Shown here: positions 63,991 to 64,000 of the stretch, piece after piece
Layout: each line of letters starts with the position of its first letter
How positions within the stretch are numbered: position 1 is the stretch's first letter
Assembly: GCA_011109175.1 (NCBI GenBank)
Contig: RDEW01000034.1
Span: forward strand, 584,126-648,125
DNA length: 64,000 nt
Origin: Dicyema japonicum
Lineage: Eukaryota > Animalia > Dicyemida
Reading direction: 5' to 3'
Notes under the pieces: generated by a model
Database searches by the model: none
Told to the model about the DNA's origin: nothing
Seen by the model: only the letters and a program-made list of their open reading frames with translations
Translations under genes and position numbers: made by a program

Positions 63991-64000
63991 GGAGAAAAAA

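Overview
AT-rich eukaryotic genomic DNA, mostly decayed transposons (CRE-like and R4/Dong-like REL retrotransposons, RTE and Jockey/I-type LINEs, pogo/Tigger, hAT and a Ginger-type integrase transposon). The host has very small spliceosomal introns (mostly 20-26 nt), so real genes are largely invisible in the six-frame ORF track. The clearest host gene is SmD1 (8779-9211, three introns of 26/25/25 nt, the middle one GC-AG), whose protein is animal-like. A reduced parasitic animal such as a myxozoan or dicyemid is a plausible host, but that is inference only. The main feature is a ~23.7 kb tandem array (28353-52030) of six full ~3.65 kb units plus a partial seventh. Each unit hides an 8-exon, 7-micro-intron gene. 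Its spliced consensus encodes a ~220 aa protein: signal peptide, Cys-containing ectodomain, Thr/Pro stalk, acidic linker and C-terminal hydrophobic anchor. An eighth, inverted copy lies at 12648-13483. Copies are sequence mosaics, and every copy carries small indels in this assembly. Two units have a tRNA-derived SINE inserted at the start codon, and this SINE shares its 3' tail with an RTE LINE in the window. A Ginger-like transposon (22576-27961) with micro-introns in its integrase contains a nested RTE and a nested pogo. All alignments and translations were done by eye, and boundaries of decayed elements are approximate.
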